A stretch of DNA of 64,000 bases. It comes from a bacterium (GTDB taxonomy: Bacteria; Patescibacteriota; Minisyncoccia; Phycocordibacterales; GWA1-40-21). The notes beneath the pieces are model-generated. The model did not search any database. It worked only from the letters and a program-made list of their open reading frames with translations, and was not told the origin of the DNA. Below, piece after piece: positions 49,813-59,061 of the stretch; the first letter of the stretch is position 1, and each line of letters opens with the position of its first letter. Both the position numbers and the translations under genes were made by a program. The stretch spans positions 16,176-80,175 of the forward strand of contig JBAXQJ010000001.1 in the NCBI GenBank assembly GCA_037131755.1, in the 5' to 3' direction.

Positions 49813-50286
49813 ATGGAAGATATTATTTGTGAAATATGCGGTAAAAAGTCTAAGAGAAAAAGATCCCAAATAAAATTGGCGGCTAAGCATTATTGTTCTC
49901 GGTTTTGCTCAGAGAAAGGGCGGAAGAAAGGGAAAATAATTGAATGCTGTGTCTGTAAAAAACTTGTCTATAAAAAGTTAAAAGATTTAAACTTATCAAA
50001 AAGTGGCAAGTATTTTTGCAGCCATGTTTGCTGTAATATTTGGGTTGGTGAACAACAGAGAGCAGAAAATCATCCAAATTGGGCTAGTGGCAAGGCTTCG
50101 TATAAAAAACTCCTAATTCGGACAGATTCATTAAAAGAATGTGTTTTATGCAAGAAAAATGATATCAGGATACTCTGCGTCCACCATTTAGATAAGAATA
50201 GGGAGAATAATAAGATAAAAAATCTGATCTGGTTATGCCGGAACTGTCATTTTTTGGTTCATAATTATAAAAAAGAAATAAAATGA
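49813..50286 (+). CDS. HNH endonuclease with zinc-finger repeats
   Basis: VHHLDKNRENNKIKNLIWLCRNCH. Confidence 0.87.
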   Translation: MEDIICEICGKKSKRKRSQIKLAAKHYCSRFCSEKGRKKGKIIECCVCKKLVYKKLKDLNLSKSGKYFCSHVCCNIWVGEQQRAENHPNWASGKASYKKLLIRTDSLKECVLCKKNDIRILCVHHLDKNRENNKIKNLIWLCRNCHFLVHNYKKEIK

Positions 50287-50789
50287 TCGTTTTTTGTAAA
50301 ATCTGCAGAACTAAATTTTCCCCCAGGCCGTCACACGTTAAAAAAGGATGGGGGATCTATTGCTCTAGGGATTGTAAGAATATTGGAACTCAGGTCAGGC
50401 AATGTGTTTTTTGTTTTATTTGTAAGAAGAAGTTATTAAAGACAGCTACACAAATTAATCATTCAAAAAGTGGCAAGTATTTTTGCAGTAAATCCTGTCA
50501 GACTAAATGGAGAAATACTGAATACATTGGCTCTAAACACACTAACTATAAGAACGGCAGCACCACTTATCGGGGTATACTAAAAAGATGCGGAATACCT
50601 GAAATCTGCGATCTTTGTGGTGAAAAGGATGCTAGAGTCTTGGTTATCCATCATGTCGACGAGAATCATAAAAATAATTGTGCCAGTAACTTAGCCTGGC
50701 TTTGTCATAATTGCCATTCACTGGTACATTATGCTAATGTAGAGAAGCAGAGGTTTCTTGCTAAGTACAATAAGAGACTCGGCAAATAA
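50283..50789 (+). CDS. HNH endonuclease with zinc-finger repeats (tandem paralog)
   Basis: IHHVDENHKNNCASNLAWLCHNCH; shares SKSGKYFCS with the upstream gene. Confidence 0.87.
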   Translation: MIVFCKICRTKFSPRPSHVKKGWGIYCSRDCKNIGTQVRQCVFCFICKKKLLKTATQINHSKSGKYFCSKSCQTKWRNTEYIGSKHTNYKNGSTTYRGILKRCGIPEICDLCGEKDARVLVIHHVDENHKNNCASNLAWLCHNCHSLVHYANVEKQRFLAKYNKRLGK

Positions 50790-50791
50790 AT

Positions 50792-50866
50792 GGTGGTTAT
50801 GGTGTAATAGCAGCACAAGGGTTTGTGGAACCCTTAGATCCGGAGCATAACCGGATAGCCACCCCA
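50792..50866 (+). tRNA. tRNA-His(GUG) with atypical T-loop
   Basis: G-1, gtggtta/tagccac, loop TTGTGGA, C73, encoded CCA; T-loop AGCATAA. Confidence 0.85.
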
Positions 50867-51032
50867 AATTGAAAAAACGGCGTTATGCCGTTTTTTCAAT
50901 TTGGGGTGGCTAAACGAGTGCTATTAAGCACTCGTGTTCGGGAGTTGAAGACCTTGAGTATATCGCATGGAGCGCAGCGAGTACGATACGAAAGGTGTAC
51001 TGTTCCTGTAAGGAAAAACTGCCCGATAGTCA
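50867..51032 (+). repeat. tRNA-His 3'-end duplication element
   Basis: Palindrome, inverted copy 50902-50949 with 25-nt insert 50913-50937, direct cccgatagtca 51022-51032. Confidence 0.75.
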
Positions 51033-51285
51033 GGATCTGGAGGTTTGGATTGTCTTTGTATCATAATGTAGACAACCATGATATAATGCTAGTACTATAT
51101 TCTGTCATCTATTTTGTGAGATTACATATATTTTAGGTCGAACCAATTTACCAAAAATAAATAAAGATAAAACCATAAATTAATTTACTACATACCCAAA
51201 GCGACAACCTATATCTTAGAGGCCTTAGAAGCTCAGACATATCTTGTCTGAGTACTTTTTATTAAAATAAATAATAAATACTAAA

Positions 51286-52919
51286 ATGAAAAAATAAGTA
51301 TATTGAGTTCACTCATCTCCTTTTTCATCCTAGGCTTAATCGGTCCAGTCGCCACATTTGCCGCTGGCCCAGCAACAGTTAATCTGTTATCAGCAGGTAA
51401 TTATGTAATTTTGGCAAAAACAGCAATCACAACAACTCCCGGAGTTGTGGACACCTCAATTATCGGTGATCTCGGAATCAGTCCGGCCGGAGCTGTCTCT
51501 ATGACTGGATTCGGACAAACCCTAGATGCTTCAAACACATTCTCGACATCAGCCTTAGTGACAGGAAAGATCTACGCGTCTAATTATACTGCTCCGACTC
51601 CAGCTACATTAACTACTGCCGTAAGTGCTATGGAAGCGGCTTATACAGATGCTGCCACACGAACACCTGGAACCGGCGCTACTAACCTTAACGTTGGTGC
51701 CGGAACTTTAAGTGGACAAAATTTTGCACCAGGAACTTATACTTGGAACGGACCAACCAGTAATGTGACCATAACAGGGGATATTACTCTCACTGGTTCA
51801 GCCTCAGATATTTGGATTTTCCAAATAGCTGGGACCTTGGATATTGCTTCGGGTAAGAAAATCATATTGGCCGGTGGTGCTCAGCCCCAGAACGTTTTCT
51901 GGCAGGTCGCTGGTGCAGTAACCCTTGTTACCGGCTCGCAATTTCAAGGAATTATATTGGCCCAGACAAACATTGCGATGCAAGATGGTGCTACTTTAAA
52001 TGGTAGAGCTTTGGCCCAGACCGCGGTCACTCTTATTGGAAACACTATTTTGATTTCCAATCCGGTTGTCGTGGCTCCGATTGTTAGCCACAGACTATCA
52101 ACACCAAGGCCAATCCCAGTCGTACCAATAATTGGTTTGTTAAAAATTCCTACCCCAACTTCTTTGCCGGCGGGACCAGGGAAAGTCACTTATAACTATT
52201 CGGTTTGGAATGTCGCAAAATTACAGCAATTAATTGACATTACCGTCGTCGATGATAAATGTAGCCCCGTAGTTTTGATTTCTGGAGACTTGAACAATAA
52301 TAGTAGAATTGATTTGGATGAAACTTGGAAATACAGCTGTTCGGCTACACTCGCTAGTACCACCACAAATACGGCTATCGCCACCGCCCATAGTACTGAT
52401 GGCTATTACAATACCGCCATCGCTACGGCCATTACTACTGTTGTTGTTGGTTCACCGATACAACCACCAATTATCCACGTTGTAAAAGTGCCTAGCCAAT
52501 TAACCCCATTACCATTTGGAGGCGGTGACATCACGTATTCATACACCGTAACAAATCCAGGACCTGTTGCAATGAAAAATGTTAATATTACAGATGACAA
52601 ATGCCCTAATGTTGTCGCTGTTTCTATTGACCAGAACAGCAATGGTTTACTTGATACAAACGAAACTTGGACATATACCTGCAGGACGAATGTTAAGGCC
52701 TCAACCGGCAGTGTTGTCACGGCTAAAGGTGATGCAAGCGGTCTAACCGCCGTAGCTTATGCCTTCACCAATGTTCTTGTCGCGTCTCCTAGTCTTCCCA
52801 ACACAGCTTTTGGACCTGACGGCCCGACCATTTCTTGGTTGGACATCATCCTTGCCCTTGGAGTGGTAATACTTTCTGTCCGTCTTGGTATGGTTATGAA
52901 GAAGGCAAAAATAAAATAA
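51286..52919 (+). CDS. Ice-binding-like (DUF3494) surface protein with Ig-like repeats and LPNTA sorting signal; 5' frameshift
   Basis: YVILAKTAIT, GDLGISP, WIFQI, NVFWQVAG, GRALAQTAVTL; two DDKC..ETWxYxC repeats; LPNTA-TM-basic tail; open frame from TTG 51303. Confidence 0.85.
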
Positions 52920-52963
52920 AAATTTGGCATTGATTTTAGCTTCCCAGGTCTAAGTATTAAAAA

Positions 52964-53620
52964 ATGCGAGTAAAAATAATACCCAAAAGTTCTCTATATA
53001 TTATTGGTGTTTTGGTAATTATATTATTTGTAGTGATTACCTTTTTCCTGATACTAGTTATCTCAAATCCAATCCCAAATCTTGAACCAATACCCATTCC
53101 ACCTGTCGTTAGTCAAGCTTTGCCAAATTTGATTGATGTTAAAACTCAAGGGAATGTCTCTTCTGGCCAATCAGAATCAAATCTTCCTATTCGTTTACAA
53201 ATTCCAACTATCAAAGTCAATGCTGCAGTTGAGTCTTTGGGTGTTACACCCGAAGGAGCGATGGATGTGCCGAAAGGGCCAGATGACGTGGCCTGGTTTG
53301 ATCTCGGCCCGCGTCCAGGAGAAAAAGGTAGCGCTGTTATCGCCGGACATTATGGTTGGAAAAATAATATCCCCGCCGTATTTGATCGGTTATCTGAATT
53401 AAAAATCGGCGATAAAATATACACGATCGATGGTGCGGGAACGACAACTACTTTTGTGGTTAGCGAAATAGGAATATATGATCAAAATGGGGATGCTACA
53501 AATGTCTTTAGCTCAAATGACGGAAAAGCCCACCTGAATCTTATTACTTGTGAAGGGGTTTGGGATGTGGCCTCAAAAAGTCGCCCAAATCGACTGGTGA
53601 TATTTACTAACCGAGAATAA
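52964..53620 (+). CDS. Class F sortase
   Basis: RLQIPTI, PGEKGSAVIAGH, LNLITC, RLVIF. Confidence 0.92.
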   Translation: MRVKIIPKSSLYIIGVLVIILFVVITFFLILVISNPIPNLEPIPIPPVVSQALPNLIDVKTQGNVSSGQSESNLPIRLQIPTIKVNAAVESLGVTPEGAMDVPKGPDDVAWFDLGPRPGEKGSAVIAGHYGWKNNIPAVFDRLSELKIGDKIYTIDGAGTTTTFVVSEIGIYDQNGDATNVFSSNDGKAHLNLITCEGVWDVASKSRPNRLVIFTNRE

Positions 53621-53666
53621 ATTTGCTATCTACGCTTTATGCTATATAGCTCAAAAAAATAATATT

Positions 53667-53972
53667 ATGAAAAATAAAAAAATGGTTAAGAAAATGAAAG
53701 TAATTGCGAGTGGCGTAATGAAAAAGACCGGGGTCTTTGTCAAAAAAGCGGAAAAACAATCGGGCAAGATGGTGAAGGCATTAAAAAAAGAATGGAAAAG
53801 AGAGCGGCCACAGCGAGAAGAATATAAAAAGAAAATAGGAAAAGTTGTAAATAAGGCAAGAGTAAGAGGTATGGAGTTGCTCAAAGAGGGAGTAAAGAAT
53901 AGTATTAAAATAGGTGGAGATGTCGCCCACACCATTAAGAAAGACATAAAAGAAATTCGCGCTAATAAATAA
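53667..53972 (+). CDS. Lys-rich hypothetical protein
   Basis: 101-aa basic helical ORF. Confidence 0.6.
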   Translation: MKNKKMVKKMKVIASGVMKKTGVFVKKAEKQSGKMVKALKKEWKRERPQREEYKKKIGKVVNKARVRGMELLKEGVKNSIKIGGDVAHTIKKDIKEIRANK

Positions 53973-54264
53973 GACTTATTGTAACCAATAAGGCTACGAT
54001 AGTACCAATAGGAAAGCCTACGGATAAGTCCGTGCATTTCATTTTGATCTGCGCGGGCTTTTATTTTCCCTTTATGAACCAAGCTATAACGATCTGGTAG
54101 ATTGCTTTTATTGGCATAAATGTACCCCTTTACTGCTGGAAACTCGATTGATAGCTTTTTTGAAGCGATTAGTCGAGTCGCACTAACATGATTAATTTAA
54201 AAAAACGCATATGACATAAATAGGGAGTATTATCGGGTCGGAGGATTAGAGTTTAATAGAAGTA

Positions 54265-54474
54265 GTGGCTAACAAAAGACAAATGGAAAAATATAAAAAC
54301 AAGAAACACCTGCTTAGATTAAGAGATAGGTATCTGGATATCTTTGAATATAGGAATGGTGTTTATAACAACTGTCGACACACGCAAAAAGAAACTGGTA
54401 AGAAATTTGGAATTAGCGGGACTCGAGTTGGGCAGCTTGAAGCAAGAGTGCGATACGAGTTAGACCAAGTCTGA
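54265..54474 (+). CDS. Small sigma70 region-4-like HTH protein
   Basis: HTQKETGKKFGISGTRVGQLEAR. Confidence 0.65.
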   Translation: MANKRQMEKYKNKKHLLRLRDRYLDIFEYRNGVYNNCRHTQKETGKKFGISGTRVGQLEARVRYELDQV

Positions 54475-54772
54475 TAGACAAATGAGGCCATATAAAAACC
54501 TGTGCATAACGCACAGGTTTTTGTGTTTACTGACTTTTGTAGCTAATTTTACTTATTTGTAAAAGTTTGCCAAATCTCCAGCCCTGAATGTCACTAGAAG
54601 TGCCTATTGTCCGCTAACTTTGACACCAGATAAGATTTAATATATGTTTTATCCAGAATAGATGCCTGACTATTTAGGATTGCATAACAGGAAACTGTAT
54701 TCATGCGGCCGGAAACCGCCTGAATGCCCGGAAGGCTGTGTGTTCAAGTAAAGGCAAAAGGAGTACGTTGAA

Positions 54773-55444
54773 ATGAATGCATTGGAGAATAGGTATGATG
54801 AGATGATCGAGTCGGTGAGTCCGGTGTTGATTGAAGGATATGAACGGACTAGTTTGATAGAAGGCCGAACTTTGATGGGATGTAACGAGGATCTCAAGAG
54901 AAATAATGTTCGGAGCCGGTTCTGGGATAAATTGTTACCGAAAGTGGCTGTCGGTAGTATCATTATTTTACCGCTCGTTTACTACATGATTACTTATGAT
55001 TGGCACAATATACCAGATACAAGATATGCTGTGTTAATTTTGTGCCCACTGGTAATTTTTACTGCCTTACTCCTCTTTTTGATGTCGTACGTTGACGGGA
55101 AGAAACTCGAGATTCTCTGCGCGATCAACAATTCTGTTGAGGCGCTCGATCGCTTTGGGCGAATGCTGGGCTTGTTTCCTCACCCTCCGGGAGTTTTGCT
55201 CTGTGAGTCACTGATTTATCGGGAGCTAGTCTTTATCGCTTCAGAGATTGTGAATGGCGAGTTGAAATTTGAGGCGTTGCGTCTCGATCGGAGTTGCGGT
55301 GATGAGACGGTGGTTCAAGTAGGATTGGAAATCCAACGCCGACGCCAGACGCTTGAAAACAAGCTGAAGGCAGCAGCAAGTTTCGGCTTGAAATATGATC
55401 GCAAGAAAATCTTTGCCGAAGCTAAAAAAATGCTTGGGCATTGA
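54773..55444 (+). CDS. Hypothetical 2-TM protein
   Basis: aggag RBS; two TM segments. Confidence 0.65.
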   Translation: MNALENRYDEMIESVSPVLIEGYERTSLIEGRTLMGCNEDLKRNNVRSRFWDKLLPKVAVGSIIILPLVYYMITYDWHNIPDTRYAVLILCPLVIFTALLLFLMSYVDGKKLEILCAINNSVEALDRFGRMLGLFPHPPGVLLCESLIYRELVFIASEIVNGELKFEALRLDRSCGDETVVQVGLEIQRRRQTLENKLKAAASFGLKYDRKKIFAEAKKMLGH

Positions 55445-55484
55445 GGCAGTAGCCTCTATAGCACTCTTTAATCGGAGTGCTATT

Positions 55485-56234
55485 TTATTTAGACAAATTT
55501 CTCTTCCAATTATCCAGACAAATAGCGGTGGCAATCGCGACATTTAAAGACTCGGTCCGGCCATAAGCAGGAATGGTGATTTTTTTGGTGACAATTTTTT
55601 CAATCTCGCGGTTGATGCCGTTTGACTCGTTGCCCATTAGCAGTATTCCGTTTGCGGGGAAGGCAAGAGTATGAACATCTTCGCCGTCAAGAAAGGTACC
55701 GAGGATCGGGACTTTGGTTGTCGGCAGAAAAGTTTTTAGATCGACGTAGGACAACTCAACTCGAGTGAAGGAACCTTTGGTGGCACTTATTACTTTAGGA
55801 TTATAGAGATCAACAGTACCGATAGCGGCAATAATTTTTTTAATACCATACCAGTCGGCGATGCGGATAATCGTACCGAGGTTGCCCGGATCGCGGATTT
55901 CGTCGAGAGCGATGGTAATCTCATTTTTATCGATCGTGGGAATTGATACTGGTTTTTGTTTGGCGATAGCGATGGTGGCGCTGTTGCTTTCCATAGAGCT
56001 GACTTTTTCCAGCTCACCTTGTTCAACCGCTTCGGTCCGGATCTGTTTAGTGTTCAAAACTTGTCGATATTTACTGAGGAAATCCTTGGTTGCTAAAACT
56101 TCTGAGACTTGATAGTCGGAATTTATGAGTTCGACAACACTTTTTTCTCCCTCCACTAAAAAAAGACCAGTTTTCTGGCGGTACTTTTTATCATGAAGCT
56201 GTTTGATTGTACTAGCTCGGCCTTTAGTTAACAT
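55485..56234 (-). CDS. TrmH/SpoU-family RNA methyltransferase
   Basis: FLVEG, DPGNLGTIIR, MGNESNGI, ESLNVAIA. Confidence 0.93.
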   Translation of the reverse strand: MLTKGRASTIKQLHDKKYRQKTGLFLVEGEKSVVELINSDYQVSEVLATKDFLSKYRQVLNTKQIRTEAVEQGELEKVSSMESNSATIAIAKQKPVSIPTIDKNEITIALDEIRDPGNLGTIIRIADWYGIKKIIAAIGTVDLYNPKVISATKGSFTRVELSYVDLKTFLPTTKVPILGTFLDGEDVHTLAFPANGILLMGNESNGINREIEKIVTKKITIPAYGRTESLNVAIATAICLDNWKRNLSK

Positions 56235-56274
56235 GCGCCAATACTAGCACAAGCTGGCGCTTTTTTATAGCCTT

Positions 56275-56490
56275 CTACAGGCTCAAACCAGGAATATTAC
56301 CCAAATCAGCATTGAGGCCCCCGATTAATGAGGGAAGGAAAATTATACTGATAATCAATGGCAAGACGACAACAACTATGGTAATAATGAAAGTCCACTG
56401 GAAATATTTTCTCGTCTTTTCTACTGATTTATAAATAGCGTCAATTTTGACCTGCTGGTCCTCGATTTTTTTGATTAGTTCTTCGTTCAT
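56275..56490 (-). CDS. Small CPR-type membrane protein
   Basis: KIDAIYKSVEKTRKYF + TM. Confidence 0.75.
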   Translation of the reverse strand: MNEELIKKIEDQQVKIDAIYKSVEKTRKYFQWTFIITIVVVVLPLIISIIFLPSLIGGLNADLGNIPGLSL

Positions 56491-56535
56491 AAGATCTATT
56501 ATAGCATTTGGAGATTATTCTGCTATACTCAAATT

Positions 56536-56979
56536 ATGAAAATCTTATTTATCTCAATTGGCAAAAATCACGATTCTGACTTAGGGTCGCCAATCCTGGA
56601 TTACACCAAGAGGTTGGAAAAATATTTCAAAACCGAGTGGAAGATCATTCCTTCTTCAGATGTGAAAAAAGAAGGGGAGCAGATCTTGAAAAATATTGAT
56701 TCCGGGGATTATGTTTTGGCTTTGGATGAGAAAGGGAAGGAGGTCAGCACCCTTGAATTGGCCGGCCTGGTAGAAAAAAGAATGATTGCCGGCGACAAGA
56801 GGCTGGTTTTTGTGATCGGCGGGTCTTATGGCCTGGACCAGACGGTCTTGGAGAAGGCGAATTATATTTGGTCGCTATCGAAACTGACTTTTCCTCATCA
56901 GATCGTCCGACTTGTCTTGACCGAGGCCATCTATCGGGCAGTTTCGGTGATAAAAAATGAGCCTTATCACCATAGGTAA
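56536..56979 (+). CDS. rlmH: 23S rRNA m3Psi1915 methyltransferase
   Basis: LDEKG, FVIGGSYGL, SLSKLTFPHQ, E.IYRA, PYHH. Confidence 0.96.
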   Translation: MKILFISIGKNHDSDLGSPILDYTKRLEKYFKTEWKIIPSSDVKKEGEQILKNIDSGDYVLALDEKGKEVSTLELAGLVEKRMIAGDKRLVFVIGGSYGLDQTVLEKANYIWSLSKLTFPHQIVRLVLTEAIYRAVSVIKNEPYHHR

Positions 56980-57002
56980 AATACAAGACGACACAACTAT
57001 GG

Positions 57003-57076
57003 TCTGTCATCCTCGCGCAGGCGGGGATACAGTATTATAATAAGGACGAGATTCCTGTTTTCACAGGAATGACAGA
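57003..57076. repeat. GTCATCC/GGAATGAC-type REP/RPE-like palindromic element
   Basis: tctgtcatcctcgcgcaggcggggat...gattcctg..caggaatgacaga. Confidence 0.75.
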
Positions 57077-57108
57077 AAGTAATATATTATTAAATTAAAT
57101 TTGATATC

Positions 57109-58257
57109 ATGGACGTCTACAAAAAATCATTAGCGCTTCATAAGAAGCATGCCGGCAAAATCGAGATCAAAGGCAAGGTGCAAGTCAAAAACCGAGCCGA
57201 TTTGTCTTTGGCTTATACGCCGGGAGTAGGGCAGGTTTGTCTGGAAATCGCCAAAGATCCAAAGAAGGTTTACGATTATACGATCAAGAAAAATATGGTG
57301 GCGGTGGTGTCCGACGGTTCGGCTGTGCTCGGACTTGGTAATCTCGGAGCGCTCGGAGCCATACCGGTCATGGAAGGCAAGGCCCTGCTCTTCAAGGAAT
57401 TTGGCGGAGTAGATGCCTTTCCGATCTGTCTCGACACTCAGGACACGGAAGAAATAATAAAAGCCGTCAAGCAGATTGCACCGGTTTTTGGCGGAATAAA
57501 CTTGGAAGACTTTTCGGCCCCAAGATGCTTTGAGATTGAGACCAGGTTGCGAGCGGAATTGTCCATACCGGTCATGCACGATGATCAGCATGGCACCGCG
57601 ACCGTCGTCTTAGCAGGCTTGATTAATGCGCTCAAGTTGCGAAAGTTAAAAAAAGAAGAAGCAAAAGTCCTGATCAATGGAGCTGGAGCAGCCGGCACAG
57701 CGATTACCAAAATGCTTGTCGGTTATGGCTTTAAAAATATTATTTTGGGCGATAGCAGGGGGATTGTGTCAGAAGATCGAGCAGATTTGAATGCCGAGAA
57801 AAAAGATTTGTTGAATCATATCAAGAATCAAACCGGTGCTTATGAGAAAATTTCCGGTGACCTGGCGATGGCGATCAAAGGTCGGGATATATTTATTGGT
57901 GTCAGCAAGGCGGGAGTGCTGTCGATGGAGATGGTCAAGACCATGAATGCCAAACCGCTGATTTTTGCTTTGGCCAATCCGGTGCCGGAAATCATGCCGG
58001 ATTTGGCGAAGAAGGCCGGAGCCTTTATCGTCGCGACGGGTCGTTCGGACTTTCCAAATCAGCTGAACAACGTCCTCGGTTTTCCTGGTATTTTCCGCGG
58101 CGCTTTGGACAACAAGATAAAACAGTTTGAACCGCGGATGTTTGTCAAAGCAGCTGAAGCCCTTGCTCGATGCGTGAAAAAACCGACCGTTGATTATATT
58201 CTGCCAAGGCCTTTTGATAAGGGCATAGTAAAAGCCGTGGCGAAAGTGATAAAATAA
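57109..58257 (+). CDS. NAD(P)-dependent malic enzyme
   Basis: AYTPGV, PVMEGK, GINLED, HDDQHGTA, GAGAAG, ATGRSDFPNQ. Confidence 0.95.
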   Translation: MDVYKKSLALHKKHAGKIEIKGKVQVKNRADLSLAYTPGVGQVCLEIAKDPKKVYDYTIKKNMVAVVSDGSAVLGLGNLGALGAIPVMEGKALLFKEFGGVDAFPICLDTQDTEEIIKAVKQIAPVFGGINLEDFSAPRCFEIETRLRAELSIPVMHDDQHGTATVVLAGLINALKLRKLKKEEAKVLINGAGAAGTAITKMLVGYGFKNIILGDSRGIVSEDRADLNAEKKDLLNHIKNQTGAYEKISGDLAMAIKGRDIFIGVSKAGVLSMEMVKTMNAKPLIFALANPVPEIMPDLAKKAGAFIVATGRSDFPNQLNNVLGFPGIFRGALDNKIKQFEPRMFVKAAEALARCVKKPTVDYILPRPFDKGIVKAVAKVIK

Positions 58258-58293
58258 GGACAACATTATTAACATAATTAATTCATAAACTAT

Positions 58294-58680
58294 ATGTCAA
58301 AAGGTTTTGTAAAAAATATTGAACAGGAGACATTGGGCAACGATAATTTTCGAAAAGTCTTGTACACCTCCCAGCACGGGCAAGTGGTGGTGATGAGCTT
58401 GAAACCATTGGAAGACATTGGCGCTGAGGTCCACGAGTATACCGATCAGTTTTTTCGTGTGGACAGCGGGGAAGGCAAGGTAGTGATTGACGGTGAGGAG
58501 TCAGTGATAACCGATGGTTTTGCTGTCGTCGTGCCGGCTGGTTCGCGCCACAATGTGATAAACACTTCGGCCGAGAAGCCGCTCAAGCTCTATACTATTT
58601 ATATGCCCCCGCACCATGTGGATGGGGTAGTGCATAAGACCAAAGAAGAAGCGGAGAATGACCTGACCGATCATTTGTGA
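58294..58680 (+). CDS. Cupin-domain protein
   Basis: EVH..DQFF, VPAGSRHNVIN. Confidence 0.9.
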   Translation: MSKGFVKNIEQETLGNDNFRKVLYTSQHGQVVVMSLKPLEDIGAEVHEYTDQFFRVDSGEGKVVIDGEESVITDGFAVVVPAGSRHNVINTSAEKPLKLYTIYMPPHHVDGVVHKTKEEAENDLTDHL

Positions 58681-58750
58681 TAGGTGGTAGATTTTAAGCC
58701 GCCCGGACCGAAGGTCCGGGCGGCTTTTGCTTTTGGATCTGCGTTAGGAG

Positions 58751-58780
58751 TTGACAGTATACCCCTAGGGGGTATATACT
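58751..58780 (+). promoter_or_regulatory. sigma70 promoter with CsoR operator
   Basis: TTGACA...TATACT with palindromic tatacccctagggggtata in the spacer. Confidence 0.85.
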
Positions 58781-58787
58781 GTTAGTC

Positions 58788-59048
58788 ATGAAAGACAAAC
58801 AAAAAATAGTTCGTCGTTTGCAAATTATTGAGGGTCAGGTGCGGGGCTTGAAAGAGATGCTGGAAAAAGGCGTTTATTGCATTGATGTCATCACCCAAAC
58901 ATCGGCGATCAAGCAGGCCCTGTCTGGCGTCGAGGATGCTTTATTGGAAAACCATCTGAAGACTTGCGTGATCGATCAGATCCAAAAAGGTAAGGAGAAC
59001 AAGGCGCAGGCGGAAATATTAAAAGTCTATCGCTTAAAACGAAGATAA
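58788..59048 (+). CDS. csoR: Copper-sensing repressor CsoR
   Basis: [23 protein letters not shown]. Confidence 0.93.
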   Translation: MKDKQKIVRRLQIIEGQVRGLKEMLEKGVYCIDVITQTSAIKQALSGVEDALLENHLKTCVIDQIQKGKENKAQAEILKVYRLKRR

Positions 59049-59061
59049 AAACGGTAATTTT

